64,000 bases of DNA from Minisyncoccia bacterium (GCA_041737125.1 JBGSSJ010000014.1:1533-65532), one strand, 5' to 3'; counted from the first letter of the stretch, positions 48,969 through 61,738 are shown. Notes: generated by a model not told the origin, from the sequence alone. Numbers and translations are program-made.

Positions 48969-50027
48969 ATGGATTATAAGAAATTTATAGACGAATTACT
49001 GACGAGCCTTATGCATGAAGATGGATCAGATCTTCATCTAGGTGTAGGACGTAAGCCTGCTATGAGGATAAATGGTCAGCTACTTTTTCTCGTGAATCAG
49101 AATAACCAAACTAGAGATGATATTATAGGCATACTCGTAGCTATGATAGGGCAGAGTAGAGTGGATATTTTCCTTGAAGTGAAGGAAGCTGACTTCTCGT
49201 ATTCATTCATGGGGAATACTCGTATCCGTGGTAATGCTTTCTTCCAGCGCGGAGAGATATGTATCGCACTGCGTTTGATCCCTAAAGCGAAATCTATGGA
49301 AGACTTGAATCTACCTATGATACTCGAGAGCTTTACTCAGAAGAATCAAGGATTCTTCTTGTGCGTAGGACCAGTTGGACAAGGTAAGTCTACAACACTA
49401 TCTACGATGATAAATATGATTAATAAGAACAAAGCTGTACATATAGTCACCATAGAGGACCCTATAGAATTCGTCTATGAAGCAGATAAATCTATTATTG
49501 ATCAGCGTGAAGTAGGTACTGATACTGCTGACTTCTCTGTAGCGATGAAGGCAGTACTTCGTGAAGATGTGAATGTAATATTCGTAGGAGAAATGCGTGA
49601 CCCAGATACTATATCAGCAGCAGTGACTGCAGCCGAGACTGGGCACCTCGTGTTCTCTACACTACATACGAATAATGCTGCTCAGACTATAGATCGTATC
49701 ATCGACTCTTTCCCTCCGAACCAACAAGATCAGATTCGCCTTCAGCTGTCCTCTAGTTTACTCGGAGTATTCTCTCAGCGTCTAATCCCTCGCATTTCTG
49801 GAGGACGTATTCCTGCTTATGAATTACTTATCAATAATAATGCTATAGCGAACCTTATTCGTGAGAAGAGAACTCACGAGATAACGAATGTCATCGAGAC
49901 CTCATCCGAGCTAGGCATGATAGATATGAACAGGTCTCTAGTCGAGCTCGTACAAAAAGGCGAGATAAGTATGGAGAGTGCTTATCAATTCTCATTTAAC
50001 CCTAAAGCGCTTGAGCGCATGCTATAA
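48969..50027 (+). CDS. pilT: Type IV pilus retraction ATPase PilT
   Basis: GPVGQGKSTT, TIEDPIE, QREVG, AAETGHLVFSTLH, AIANLIRE. Confidence 0.95.
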   Translation: MDYKKFIDELLTSLMHEDGSDLHLGVGRKPAMRINGQLLFLVNQNNQTRDDIIGILVAMIGQSRVDIFLEVKEADFSYSFMGNTRIRGNAFFQRGEICIALRLIPKAKSMEDLNLPMILESFTQKNQGFFLCVGPVGQGKSTTLSTMINMINKNKAVHIVTIEDPIEFVYEADKSIIDQREVGTDTADFSVAMKAVLREDVNVIFVGEMRDPDTISAAVTAAETGHLVFSTLHTNNAAQTIDRIIDSFPPNQQDQIRLQLSSSLLGVFSQRLIPRISGGRIPAYELLINNNAIANLIREKRTHEITNVIETSSELGMIDMNRSLVELVQKGEISMESAYQFSFNPKALERML

Positions 50028-50032
50028 AATAT

Positions 50033-51244
50033 ATGTTATTTAATTATGAAGCCATATCAAATACAGGAGAGAAGAAGAAGGGCACAGTAGATGCGAGCTC
50101 TCGTGATACAGCTATCTCTGCTATTCAGAACAGAGGCCTCATAGTAATTGCGGTCAATGAAGACGATGATAACAAAGGTATGCTAGCTAAATTGTCTTTT
50201 TTCCAGAAAGGTATCGATCTGAAAGATGTGGTTATCATGTCTCGCCAGATATCGACACTCTTTGAGGCTCAAGTCTCAGCGCTTAAAGCATTCAACCTTC
50301 TTGCAAGTAATACAGAGAACAAAGCTCTTATAAAAGTCCTCACAAGTGTGTCTGATTATATATCATCTGGTCTATCTATTTCGGAGGCTCTAAGTAGACA
50401 CCCGGAAGCCTTCTCTGAATTCTATGTGAATATGGTCAAAGCGGGTGAAGAGTCCGGTAAACTTACTCAGACATTCTCATACTTGGCAGATTATCTCGAT
50501 CGCCAGTACCAGCTCACAGCCAAGACGAAGCACGCGCTTATATATCCTGGATTCGTCATAGGAGTATTTATACTTGTGATGGTGATGATGTTCGTATTTA
50601 TTGTGCCACGACTTGCAGTTATCATTGAGGAATCAGGCCAAGACATACCTTTCTCTACGAAGATAGTACTCGGTATTAGTGACTTATTAGTGAACTACGG
50701 ACTATTCGTACTCGTAGGTGTCGCTCTATTTATAGTCTATATGTATAGATTCAGTAAGTCAGAGAAAGGACAGAAGTATTTAGATAGTATGAAAATATCC
50801 ATCCCAGTGTTCAAGAACATATTCACCAAGCTCTACCTCGCTCGTATCGCAGATAATATGGATACAATGCTCTCATCAGGTATACCTATAATCCGTGCGA
50901 TAGAGCTCACAGGTAATGTAGTAGGGAACAAAGTTTTCAGCGACATAATGCTTGGAGTAACAGAAGAAGTGAAGAGTGGCGCCTCATTCTCTGACTCGTT
51001 AGCGAAACACAAGGAGATACCTGCTATCATGTCCGGCATGGTGAAAGTGGGCGAGGAGACAGGGTCCATGGGTAGCATACTGAAAACTCTCGGACACTTT
51101 TACGGTAGAGAAGTGAATGACGCAGTGGATACACTAGTCGGGCTTATCGAGCCGTTCATGATAGTGGCTCTTGGTCTCGGAGTAGGATTACTTCTGACTT
51201 CAATACTGATGCCGATATATAATATCGCAGGTGGAATAAGTTAA
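50033..51244 (+). CDS. pilC: Type IV pilus platform protein PilC/GspF
   Basis: MVKAGEESGKL, ALIYP, VKVGEETG, LIEP. Confidence 0.95.
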   Translation: MLFNYEAISNTGEKKKGTVDASSRDTAISAIQNRGLIVIAVNEDDDNKGMLAKLSFFQKGIDLKDVVIMSRQISTLFEAQVSALKAFNLLASNTENKALIKVLTSVSDYISSGLSISEALSRHPEAFSEFYVNMVKAGEESGKLTQTFSYLADYLDRQYQLTAKTKHALIYPGFVIGVFILVMVMMFVFIVPRLAVIIEESGQDIPFSTKIVLGISDLLVNYGLFVLVGVALFIVYMYRFSKSEKGQKYLDSMKISIPVFKNIFTKLYLARIADNMDTMLSSGIPIIRAIELTGNVVGNKVFSDIMLGVTEEVKSGASFSDSLAKHKEIPAIMSGMVKVGEETGSMGSILKTLGHFYGREVNDAVDTLVGLIEPFMIVALGLGVGLLLTSILMPIYNIAGGIS

Positions 51245-51257
51245 AATCAGTCCTGAC

Positions 51258-51266
51258 TTATCCACA
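51258..51266 (+). promoter_or_regulatory. Perfect DnaA-box sequence TTATCCACA upstream of the first pilin
   Basis: Exact 9-mer; single copy. Confidence 0.35.
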
Positions 51267-51379
51267 GTATATATAATATTGCGTTTTTATAACGTTTATA
51301 TGATATAATAAGAGTATTAAAAATAAGGTCGCGTCTTCTTAAATAAAAGAAGACACAAATTAATAGAATAAATTTTAGT

Positions 51380-51907
51380 ATGAATAAAAATAAAGGTTTC
51401 ACATTAATCGAGCTTCTAGTCGTTATCGCAATCATCGGTATCTTGGCATCTGTAATCTTGGCGTCACTTTCAAGTGCTCGTACAAAAGCAGCTGATGCAA
51501 AAATCACAAGTCAGTTAGCAGCTATGAGATCACAAGCTGAGTTGTATACAGGTGTAGGTAATCCTCCTACAGAGGCAGCTGTAACTGCTATGACAGCTAC
51601 TTCATCAAGTTTGTGTGCCCCTGCAGCAACTACTACTGTTTTTGACACAGCGAATGGAGGTTTAGGTGCTTTAATGGGAGGACTATTAGCTCCAGATATT
51701 CGTTGTGCTTCAGAAGCAGGCAAACTACCTTCAAATGGAGGAGCTTGGGCTTTCGCAGCTAAAACATCTACTGGAGCATGGTGCGTAGACTCAACTGGTT
51801 GGTCTAGTGATAAGAACAAAACAGCAGGAGCTGCTTATAATGGTACAGGTTCAGCTGTTGGTCATACAACACCTGCTATTGCTACTTCAGCGATTGCATG
51901 TTCATAA
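51380..51907 (+). CDS. Type IV major pilin candidate
   Basis: KGFTLIELLVVIAIIGILA; own promoter region and terminator; WCVDS motif. Confidence 0.9.
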   Translation: MNKNKGFTLIELLVVIAIIGILASVILASLSSARTKAADAKITSQLAAMRSQAELYTGVGNPPTEAAVTAMTATSSSLCAPAATTTVFDTANGGLGALMGGLLAPDIRCASEAGKLPSNGGAWAFAAKTSTGAWCVDSTGWSSDKNKTAGAAYNGTGSAVGHTTPAIATSAIACS

Positions 51908-51923
51908 AGTAAATGTTTCAAAT

Positions 51924-51952
51924 AAAAAAACCACCAAAAGGGTGGTTTTTTT
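51924..51952 (+). terminator. Intrinsic terminator after the first pilin
   Basis: AAAAAACCACC-AAAAG-GGTGGTTTTTTT. Confidence 0.75.
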
Positions 51953-52018
51953 ATTTGTAGGTGTTATAATTAATTTACTCATTAAAGTCGTATTTATTAT
52001 TTTATTATTTTATTTATT

Positions 52019-52606
52019 ATGAAAGATCAAAGAGGTTTCACTCTCATAGAGGTTCTGGTTGTTATATTAATAATCGGTGTCTTAGCTACTGTCGTTCTTG
52101 TTGCTTTAGGTGATTCTAAAAAAAGAGCAAATGACAAAAAGGTGGCAGCACAGCTAAAGGCCATGATTCCACAAGCACTTCTGTATACAGGGACCAATGT
52201 TACAGGTAGCTTTTCAGCTATTGGTAACAACAATCCATCTGGTGCGCTTGATGCTACTACTCTCAATGGAGACACAAGTAATACTGGCAATATGTTTAAT
52301 TATTCTGGTTCATTAAATAGAAATAGCCTCTATAAATTAATTAAAGGTTTACCGAAAGGAACTACAGTTATATTTGCAAAAGGGATAGGCAACCAAACTA
52401 ATGCTGCTGGACAATGGGCACTTGCTGCTACAACTACAACTGGATCAGTTTGCGTAGATTACAGACAAAAAATAGTCACAAAAGAACATCCTCCAGTTGT
52501 GGCCGCTGTGACTAATAGTGGTACTCCGAGTCTCCAACAGTACTGGCCAAATGTTCAAAATCCTAGCGGTACAGGACAAAATTTATTACGTGCTAATTGT
52601 AATTAA
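52019..52606 (+). CDS. Type IV pilin
   Basis: RGFTLIEVLVVILIIGVLA; WALAA...CVD. Confidence 0.88.
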   Translation: MKDQRGFTLIEVLVVILIIGVLATVVLVALGDSKKRANDKKVAAQLKAMIPQALLYTGTNVTGSFSAIGNNNPSGALDATTLNGDTSNTGNMFNYSGSLNRNSLYKLIKGLPKGTTVIFAKGIGNQTNAAGQWALAATTTTGSVCVDYRQKIVTKEHPPVVAAVTNSGTPSLQQYWPNVQNPSGTGQNLLRANCN

Positions 52607-52614
52607 CGGTTTAA

Positions 52615-52737
52615 TTTCGCAAGGACAGTCCTTGTGTTTGAGTTAAAGCTAATAATTTTAGAGTCAAAAGACCATTCTCGATGATTGGTCTTTTACTTTT
52701 CAGGTCTATTAGTTTCGCAAGGACAGTTCTTGCGAAA
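52615..52737. repeat. Two copies of the palindrome TTTCGCAAGGACAGT(C/T)CTTG(T/C)G flanking a terminator-like hairpin
   Basis: Copies at 52615-52636 and 52713-52737; hairpin AAAAGACCA...TGGTCTTTT between them. Confidence 0.7.
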
Positions 52738-52770
52738 GGTTAAAATTCTTTTTTATGATACAATTAACGT

Positions 52771-53361
52771 ATGTCTAAAAATCATACAAATACTCCTCGC
52801 TCCAGTGGTGGTTTTACTCTCATAGAATTATTAATATTAATTTTAATATTAGCAGTATTTGCATCCATTACTATATTCTCTGTTAGTAAAGCTCGCACTA
52901 AAGGTCAGAATTCTTCTATTGAGCTTGCTCTTGCACCACTTTACTATGAGTCACAGAAGCTATATGACCAGAGAGGGACGCACGGTAATTGGATCTTCGG
53001 TTCGCTTACAGAAGCTCCGAATTGCCAAGTGAACACATCGACGAATCCCTACATAGCTTTCTTTTTCTATCCTCATATTACAAATATTATCAAGTCAGCA
53101 AGTCAGAAGTCAGGTGGTGTAATGAACGGTACTAGTATTACTAGGACTGCCTGCAGGCTTAATACGAATGGTACTTGGGCGGTAGCAGTGACCAGTAAAG
53201 ATAATACAGGAGCCTATTGTGTAGACTCTAGTGGTCTAATAAAACTCGTGAATAAAGATACACTAAAAAGTGGAAGCCCAGACTTCAGTATAGCTAACCC
53301 CAATAATCCGATAGAAGCCATATTAAATGGTGGTAGTGGTGCCAAAATTAGCTGTAAATAA
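52771..53361 (+). CDS. Type IV pilin
   Basis: GGFTLIELLI; WAVAV...YCVDS. Confidence 0.85.
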   Translation: MSKNHTNTPRSSGGFTLIELLILILILAVFASITIFSVSKARTKGQNSSIELALAPLYYESQKLYDQRGTHGNWIFGSLTEAPNCQVNTSTNPYIAFFFYPHITNIIKSASQKSGGVMNGTSITRTACRLNTNGTWAVAVTSKDNTGAYCVDSSGLIKLVNKDTLKSGSPDFSIANPNNPIEAILNGGSGAKISCK

Positions 53362-53397
53362 TTATTAATTTTTATAATTGGGTGCTATAATATCTAT

Positions 53398-54237
53398 ATG
53401 TATATACTTGCATTTATTCTTATTTTCTTCATGGGCACTATCATCGGAAGCTTTCTTAATGTAGTTATTTATCGCTTTAATACAGGCAAATCCATAGTCC
53501 ACGGCAGGTCCATGTGTATGACTTGCAGTCACAAGCTGCGTTGGTACGAGCTTATACCTGTATTTTCTTTCTTGATACAGTCTGGCCGCTGCAGAAGCTG
53601 TGCGAGCTCTATCTCACACCAGTATCCGATAGTTGAATTCATCACGGGTATAGTTTTCGTAATGATTATGATGCGCTTAATGCCGTTGCTACTATTCTCT
53701 GAATTTCTGTTTTTCCTTCTTATGACACTGTTTGTGTTTATGTTCTCTATACTTATCGTTATATCTTTCTACGATATTCGCCACAAAATTATACCAAATA
53801 AGCTAGTCTATACTTTCATCATAGTATCTTTCCTGTCTCTTTTTATAAATTATAATCTCGGAGGCCCATTCCTAGCTATTCCACCACTTATGCATATACT
53901 AGCAGGCCCGGTGCTCGCTCTACCTTTTGCTCTTATTTGGCTTATAAGCAAGGGTCGCTCTATGGGGCTAGGGGATGCGAAGCTTATTCTCGGTATCGGT
54001 TGGCTCTTCATGCCGTATGAAGCACTTGCTGTACTGATACTTTCCTTTTGGATTGGCTCTATAGTCAGTATAATATTACTCCTTATAAATAAGAGTAAGA
54101 ATAAGAAGATGGGTATGAAGACCGAGATACCGTTTGCTCCGTTCCTAGTACTATCTTCTCTATTGGTATTCTTCTTTGGTCTTGATATATTCTCCCTAGC
54201 TACTATGTTTAATAATTTCATCAGCTTGTTCTACTAG
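53398..54237 (+). CDS. pilD: Prepilin peptidase
   Basis: GSFLNVVIYR, RSMCMTC, GRCRSC, YD, MGLGDAKL, IPFAPFL. Confidence 0.95.
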   Translation: MYILAFILIFFMGTIIGSFLNVVIYRFNTGKSIVHGRSMCMTCSHKLRWYELIPVFSFLIQSGRCRSCASSISHQYPIVEFITGIVFVMIMMRLMPLLLFSEFLFFLLMTLFVFMFSILIVISFYDIRHKIIPNKLVYTFIIVSFLSLFINYNLGGPFLAIPPLMHILAGPVLALPFALIWLISKGRSMGLGDAKLILGIGWLFMPYEALAVLILSFWIGSIVSIILLLINKSKNKKMGMKTEIPFAPFLVLSSLLVFFFGLDIFSLATMFNNFISLFY

Positions 54238-54246
54238 CATTTATAA

Positions 54247-54948
54247 ATGAATAAGAATATAAATAAATTTAAATATATTCGAACTATAGGTACTCAATCC
54301 GGTATGACTCTCATAGAGATGCTAGTGGTACTCGCTATCTTTATGATGGTTTCAGGTATTGTTATCTTTGACTATAATAAGTTCAGGTCACAAGTCTCAC
54401 TCAATAACCTCGTTGATGATATAGCATCATCTATTCGTAAAACTCAGAATTTCGCTATAGGTGTACGCAGTTCGAATACGGCGGACTTCGGTTCTGGTTA
54501 TGGTATATACTTTAATCTAAACACCCCGTCTTATAATTCCTCTCGTAATGGATCAAACAAAAGCTTCTTAATCTTCAATGATAAGACCCCAAATATGAGA
54601 TATGATACTAACTATGTTTCAGGCATGGCTGCTTGCAGTCCCAAGACTGTTAGCAAAGATGATGAATGTATGGAAATGTTTACAATAAATACTGCTGATT
54701 ATATTAGTAGAATATGTGCTTATTATGACGGTAGTTCTGATCCTACTTGTACTAGTGATGCCAATGGCTCAGTAGCTATATCTTTCCTTAGACCTGATCC
54801 AGAAGCACATATTTATGCTTGTATACCTCCTTTGTGTCGCTCTACAACCCCAGCTGATAGTGTGCAAATTTATATAATGAATACAGCAAGCCAAGATACT
54901 AAGTTCATAACTATAACTAATCTAGGTCAGATAAGTATAAACAGCTAA
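54247..54948 (+). CDS. Minor pilin (FimT/GspH-like)
   Basis: SGMTLIEMLVV. Confidence 0.85.
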   Translation: MNKNINKFKYIRTIGTQSGMTLIEMLVVLAIFMMVSGIVIFDYNKFRSQVSLNNLVDDIASSIRKTQNFAIGVRSSNTADFGSGYGIYFNLNTPSYNSSRNGSNKSFLIFNDKTPNMRYDTNYVSGMAACSPKTVSKDDECMEMFTINTADYISRICAYYDGSSDPTCTSDANGSVAISFLRPDPEAHIYACIPPLCRSTTPADSVQIYIMNTASQDTKFITITNLGQISINS

Positions 54949-54949
54949 T

Positions 54950-55513
54950 ATGAATATTTTTAATATAAATAGGAATAAAGGTTTTACTCTTATAGAGATC
55001 ATGGTGGCATCTTCTATATTCATGGTGGTCATGCTCGTAGTAATGGGAGCCCTTGTTTCTGTGTCGTATGCAGCCAAAGAAGCTCAAGCACTTCGTACTG
55101 CCATGGATAATGTAAATTTCGCCATGGAGAGCATGACTAGAAGTTTACGTACTGGCACTAATTACACTTGTGTGTCTCCTGGTGGTACTACAATGGGGGG
55201 CAGTCAAAATATAGATTGTATTGATGGTGGTGGTGCTATTATTTTCACATCTCAAGACGGTTCAGTACGCGACACAGCATACAAGCTTGAAGATGGCACA
55301 GTGAAGAAATGTACAAATATTGCAACAAATTGTCTTAGTATTGTGTCACCAAATGTGAATGTAAACAGATTGGTATTTTATGTGAAGGGTTCAGCCCCAG
55401 GTGATTTGGTACAACCAAGTGTTTATATCCTTATGAGAGGGTCTGTAAAAGTCAAAAATGTCGATCACCCGTTTGCTTTACAAACGTTCGTTTCACAGCG
55501 TTCATGGGAATAA
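54950..55513 (+). CDS. Minor pilin (PilW/GspJ-like)
   Basis: KGFTLIEIMVA. Confidence 0.85.
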   Translation: MNIFNINRNKGFTLIEIMVASSIFMVVMLVVMGALVSVSYAAKEAQALRTAMDNVNFAMESMTRSLRTGTNYTCVSPGGTTMGGSQNIDCIDGGGAIIFTSQDGSVRDTAYKLEDGTVKKCTNIATNCLSIVSPNVNVNRLVFYVKGSAPGDLVQPSVYILMRGSVKVKNVDHPFALQTFVSQRSWE

Positions 55514-55514
55514 T

Positions 55515-56141
55515 ATGAAAAATTACATCAAACATATAAATACATACCAGAATAACAGAGCTTTCACATTGATAGAGACAATGATCGCAATTTTTATCTT
55601 AGTACTTATGGTAAATGCGAGCCTTGTTGTGATTACCCAGAGTTTATTCGCTGCACGATATGTGAAGAATGAAATAGTGTCAAATTACCTCATCCAAGAA
55701 GCAATAGATTATATAAGGAATGATAGGGATACAATAGCTTTCCAGCAGAAAGATTTACCACAGGGAGGTTGGCAGAATTTTAAGAATAAATATGGTTCTA
55801 GTACAAATAATACTGTATGTTTCTCTGCTGATGGCTGCGATATAGATATAATGGCAGCTACCACACCTAAAGATTGTAGTTTGAATACATCCAACCCGTC
55901 TCCATTTACAATACGCTGCCAGATGCTAAAGTATGATGCAGTAGGTACAAATAAGAGTTTTTATAGTGCAAACAATACGAATGGTACAATAAGTAATATA
56001 AAAAGACAGATTAAAATGTCTGACAGTGATTCTAGTATTGGTCCTGACGAGCTAGATATATATGTAAAAGTTGAGTGGTTCAATGGCTCAACACTGAAGT
56101 CCAAAGTTTATAGGACAAGTTTGCTAAATTGGCAATTATAA
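55515..56141 (+). CDS. Minor pilin (PilV-like)
   Basis: RAFTLIETMIA; start MKNY at 55515. Confidence 0.85.
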   Translation: MKNYIKHINTYQNNRAFTLIETMIAIFILVLMVNASLVVITQSLFAARYVKNEIVSNYLIQEAIDYIRNDRDTIAFQQKDLPQGGWQNFKNKYGSSTNNTVCFSADGCDIDIMAATTPKDCSLNTSNPSPFTIRCQMLKYDAVGTNKSFYSANNTNGTISNIKRQIKMSDSDSSIGPDELDIYVKVEWFNGSTLKSKVYRTSLLNWQL

Positions 56142-56144
56142 TTT

Positions 56145-56648
56145 ATGACTAAGAATCCTAAAATACAAAAGAATAATGGTGGCTATGCAATACTTTTCGC
56201 AGTGGTGCTCATAAGTATCCTCTCTATGATAACCATAGGTCTGACCAACAGTACCTATAAGCATATATTATTCGCGTCGCTGGCTAGTGATTCACAGACA
56301 GCATTCTATCAAGCTGATACTGCTGCAGAATGTGCATTATATGCTAGTACATTTAATTTAGACACGATAGGTACTCCCACGGCTCCTTTTGCATGTGCCA
56401 AACATACAGATACTGCTTCTCCTTTTCCCTCAGGTTATTATTTATTTGAGAAAATAAAGACAAGTATAGATGATAATAAATTTAAATATGAATTTAATTT
56501 ACTCGCTGGTTGGTCTTCTAAAGATCCATGTTTTAATTTTGATATAATAAAGGGAAGTTCTACTACAGAAATTTTTGCTAGAGGGTATAGTAGTTGTGAT
56601 TTAAGTAATCCTAGAACTGTAGAGCGAGGAATAAGCGTCTCTTATTAA
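56145..56648 (+). CDS. PilX-like minor pilin
   Basis: GGYAILFAVV (no E+5), SQTAFYQAD..AECALY. Confidence 0.75.
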   Translation: MTKNPKIQKNNGGYAILFAVVLISILSMITIGLTNSTYKHILFASLASDSQTAFYQADTAAECALYASTFNLDTIGTPTAPFACAKHTDTASPFPSGYYLFEKIKTSIDDNKFKYEFNLLAGWSSKDPCFNFDIIKGSSTTEIFARGYSSCDLSNPRTVERGISVSY

Positions 56649-58766
<2,118 letters not shown>

Positions 58767-58807
58767 CGTTTATTTAAAAAACTCACAAAATATGCTATTC
58801 TAGGTTT

Positions 58808-59092
58808 ATGCAATTAGAAGACGTTAAAAAGCTCGCAATTATGGCTCGGGTAGATATGGACGAAGCAGAAATGCTAGAGATAGCAAATAGCTTTGATTCT
58901 ATTTTGGCGTATGTTGGTCAAATAGAGAAAGTCTCTGCCTCCTCAAATACTAAACAAGACATTGGGAGCATACCTTTTAATATCGTCCGGGAGGATGTAG
59001 TGACAAATAAGCCTGGCGAATATACAGATAAGATTGTTGTTCAAATGCCAGAGAGTGTTGATGGCTTCCTAAAAGTGAAAAAAATATTATGA
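58808..59092 (+). CDS. gatC: Asp/Glu-tRNA amidotransferase subunit C
   Basis: VKKLA.MAR, SILAYV, VRED, FLKVKKIL; precedes gatA. Confidence 0.92.
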   Translation: MQLEDVKKLAIMARVDMDEAEMLEIANSFDSILAYVGQIEKVSASSNTKQDIGSIPFNIVREDVVTNKPGEYTDKIVVQMPESVDGFLKVKKIL

Positions 59093-60519
59093 TAGATCTA
59101 CAGAATCTTACAATAGAAAAGGCTCACACATCACTTGTAAGTGGTGAATTTACTGTGACTGAATTGTTAAATGCATATTTGGATATTATTAAAGAGAAGA
59201 ACTCTGACTTAAATGCATATCTTGAAATATTTACTGATGATGTATTTGCACAAGCAAAAGTTGCTGAAGAAATGTTCAAAAATGGGACTGCAACTATACT
59301 AACCGGTATTCCGATAGCGATAAAAGATAATATTTTATTCGAAGGACACATAGCATCTGCTTCTTCGAAAATGCTAGGCAATCATAAAGCAGTTTATGAT
59401 TCTTTCGCTGTAAAGAAGTTAAAGGAGCAAGGCGTAGTAATACTAGGCCGTACGAATATGGACGAATTCGCCATGGGTTCATCTACACAAACTAGTGCAT
59501 ACGGTATTACGAAGAATCCCGTCGATACATCTCGTGTTCCTGGAGGTTCATCAGGTGGATCTGCTGTTACAGTAGCAAGCGATATGTCACTTGCATCATT
59601 AGGAACCGAGACATGTGGCTCAGTACGTCAACCCGCATCTTTCTGTGGTGTTGTAGGTATAAAGCCTACATATGGGGCAATATCACGAAGTGGCATTATC
59701 GCCATGGGTAGCTCTCTTGATCAAGTGGGCCCGATAGGCAAAAATGTTGCCGATACGGAAATACTTTTCAATGCTCTTTCAGGCTATGATGCCCTTGATA
59801 GTACGTCACTCTCTCCAGAATTTCGTTCTTCTATAAAGAAAAATCCGCTCAAGAAGAGGATAGGGGTACCGCGTGATTTCTTAAATGGGGGAGGAATAGA
59901 TCCTGAAGTACTTTCGAATTTTAATGAGAGCTGTGAGAAGCTCAAAGATTCTGGATATGAAATTGTAGATGTAACTTCAGAAGCTATGAAGTATTCGCTC
60001 GCTGTGTATTACATTATTATGCCTGCAGAAGTATCTAGTAATCTTGCTCGCTATGATGGTATACGTTATGGGATGTCTGTAGAGGTAGATAAGCTTTATG
60101 ATGTTTATGCCAAGAGCAGGGCTCAAGGCTTCGGGAAAGAAGTCCGCCGTAGAATACTACTCGGCACGTACATACTTTCTCATGGTTATCATGATGCTTA
60201 CTATAACAAAGCATTACAAGTTCGAGACATGATTACACGAGAACTTCTTGATATGTTCGAGAATGTAGATGCATTTATAACTCCGACTGTTCCATTCCCT
60301 GCATTCAAGCTAGGCGAGAAGATGGATGACCCTATGGCTATGTATATGTGTGATATTTTCTCTGCACCAGCGAACTTGGCGGGAGTACCTGCTATATCTA
60401 TACCTTCAGGTAAGACGAAGGACGGATTACCCCTCGGATTACAAATCACAGCACCTTATCTACGTGAAGATATACTCTTTACTATTGGTAAAGACTTTGA
60501 GAATAAAGCGAAAAACTAG
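59089..60519 (+). CDS. gatA: Asp/Glu-tRNA amidotransferase subunit A
   Basis: IAIKDN, TNMDEFAMGSS, PGGSSGGSA, SNLARYDG, EVRRRILLGTY. Confidence 0.97.
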   Translation: MIDLQNLTIEKAHTSLVSGEFTVTELLNAYLDIIKEKNSDLNAYLEIFTDDVFAQAKVAEEMFKNGTATILTGIPIAIKDNILFEGHIASASSKMLGNHKAVYDSFAVKKLKEQGVVILGRTNMDEFAMGSSTQTSAYGITKNPVDTSRVPGGSSGGSAVTVASDMSLASLGTETCGSVRQPASFCGVVGIKPTYGAISRSGIIAMGSSLDQVGPIGKNVADTEILFNALSGYDALDSTSLSPEFRSSIKKNPLKKRIGVPRDFLNGGGIDPEVLSNFNESCEKLKDSGYEIVDVTSEAMKYSLAVYYIIMPAEVSSNLARYDGIRYGMSVEVDKLYDVYAKSRAQGFGKEVRRRILLGTYILSHGYHDAYYNKALQVRDMITRELLDMFENVDAFITPTVPFPAFKLGEKMDDPMAMYMCDIFSAPANLAGVPAISIPSGKTKDGLPLGLQITAPYLREDILFTIGKDFENKAKN

Positions 60520-60531
60520 TATAATGTTCAT

Positions 60532-61143
60532 ATGGAACAAAGTGTAGTTCAATCTGTCATAGACAAACCAGTTTTTGAACCAACATATCTCAACATGGAA
60601 TATGTTTTTGCAAAGATACTCGCAGTTATTAAACCAATAATTGAGTTTATTTTCAATCCACATACTTGGACAGTAATAGGATTTATATCTTCATTCTTCA
60701 CCCTTTTCTTCATTACTATCATAATATTTTGTTTAGTGCGTATGCGTGAAATACAGCTACACGAGAAAGAAGAGCTTGATCATGAGATACATCAAGCTCT
60801 TGCCCGTGACAAGGAGGCGAATCGTAACGAGAATCCACGCTGGCACTACATACTCACCCTTATCGAGAGCTCCAATGAATCTGATTGGCGTGTAGCTATC
60901 ATAGAGGCAGACAGTATGCTTGAGGAAATACTTAGAGATAAAGGCATGGACGGGGATAGTGTCAGCGAGCTCCTCGAATCTGCAAGGTCTAATGGTTATC
61001 AGAGTATTCAGAGTGCATGGGATGCACACTTAGTTCGTAATCAGATAGCTCACGCTGGGTCTGAATTCTCTCTCACTCAGCTCGAAGGCCGCCGCGTCAT
61101 AAAAATGTTCCAAAGCTTCTTCGAAGAATTAGGGGTGGTATAG
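60532..61143 (+). CDS. Hypothetical membrane-anchored protein
   Basis: TM; AIIEADSMLE...AWDAHLVRNQIAH (RxxxxH, HEPN-like). Confidence 0.75.
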   Translation: MEQSVVQSVIDKPVFEPTYLNMEYVFAKILAVIKPIIEFIFNPHTWTVIGFISSFFTLFFITIIIFCLVRMREIQLHEKEELDHEIHQALARDKEANRNENPRWHYILTLIESSNESDWRVAIIEADSMLEEILRDKGMDGDSVSELLESARSNGYQSIQSAWDAHLVRNQIAHAGSEFSLTQLEGRRVIKMFQSFFEELGVV

Positions 61144-61145
61144 TC

Positions 61146-61430
61146 ATGAATAAAACATTATTATATATTTCATATTTCTTTTTAATTATCGGCTTTGCTC
61201 CAATGATATTTATAATGTTATTTTGCATTGGTTATGTTGTTGTTCTTATATCAATACTACTTGGCATCGAGGGAATCGCAAATATAACTTTATCTCTACT
61301 TGCGCAACCCGTTTTACTTTTGGCTAAAATAGACGATGGTCGTCCGCTGTTCATTGGATTTATTGTTCTTACTATAATAAGTTTTATTTTTCTCCGAATT
61401 CTTAGAAAACAAAAATTTATAAATTATTAA
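61146..61430 (+). CDS. Hypothetical membrane protein
   Basis: Hydrophobic 94-aa ORF. Confidence 0.6.
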   Translation: MNKTLLYISYFFLIIGFAPMIFIMLFCIGYVVVLISILLGIEGIANITLSLLAQPVLLLAKIDDGRPLFIGFIVLTIISFIFLRILRKQKFINY

Positions 61431-61489
61431 GATTAATAAAAAGGCTGAAGCGCGAGCGCTCCAGCCTTGAATACCTTTTGGGTGGAAAT

Positions 61490-61717
61490 TTATGCAACTT
61501 TTTCAATATATGAAAGCAATTGCAAAGAATTAAATTCCTCAATTTTAACAACAACTGTCTTGGTTTCAGTTGTCATTTCTACAAAATCACCATTTATTTT
61601 TGTCTCAAAGGTTTCCCCCTCAATACAAAATGGTACAAATTTTGTTAGTTCATTTTCTTGTTCGAAAGAAATTCCTTTCATTGCTACATAAGTAGTCGCA
61701 GTGGTTAAATTTTCCAT
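61490..61717 (-). CDS. Small hypothetical protein downstream of the attenuator
   Basis: 75-aa ATG ORF following the terminator at 61745-61784. Confidence 0.55.
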   Translation of the reverse strand: MENLTTATTYVAMKGISFEQENELTKFVPFCIEGETFETKINGDFVEMTTETKTVVVKIEEFNSLQLLSYIEKVA

Positions 61718-61738
61718 TCTGATTGTTATTTAAATGTT

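Noticed and set aside
51258-51266. DnaA box as a replication origin
   Set aside because: Single perfect box; no cluster, and no dnaA or dnaN nearby
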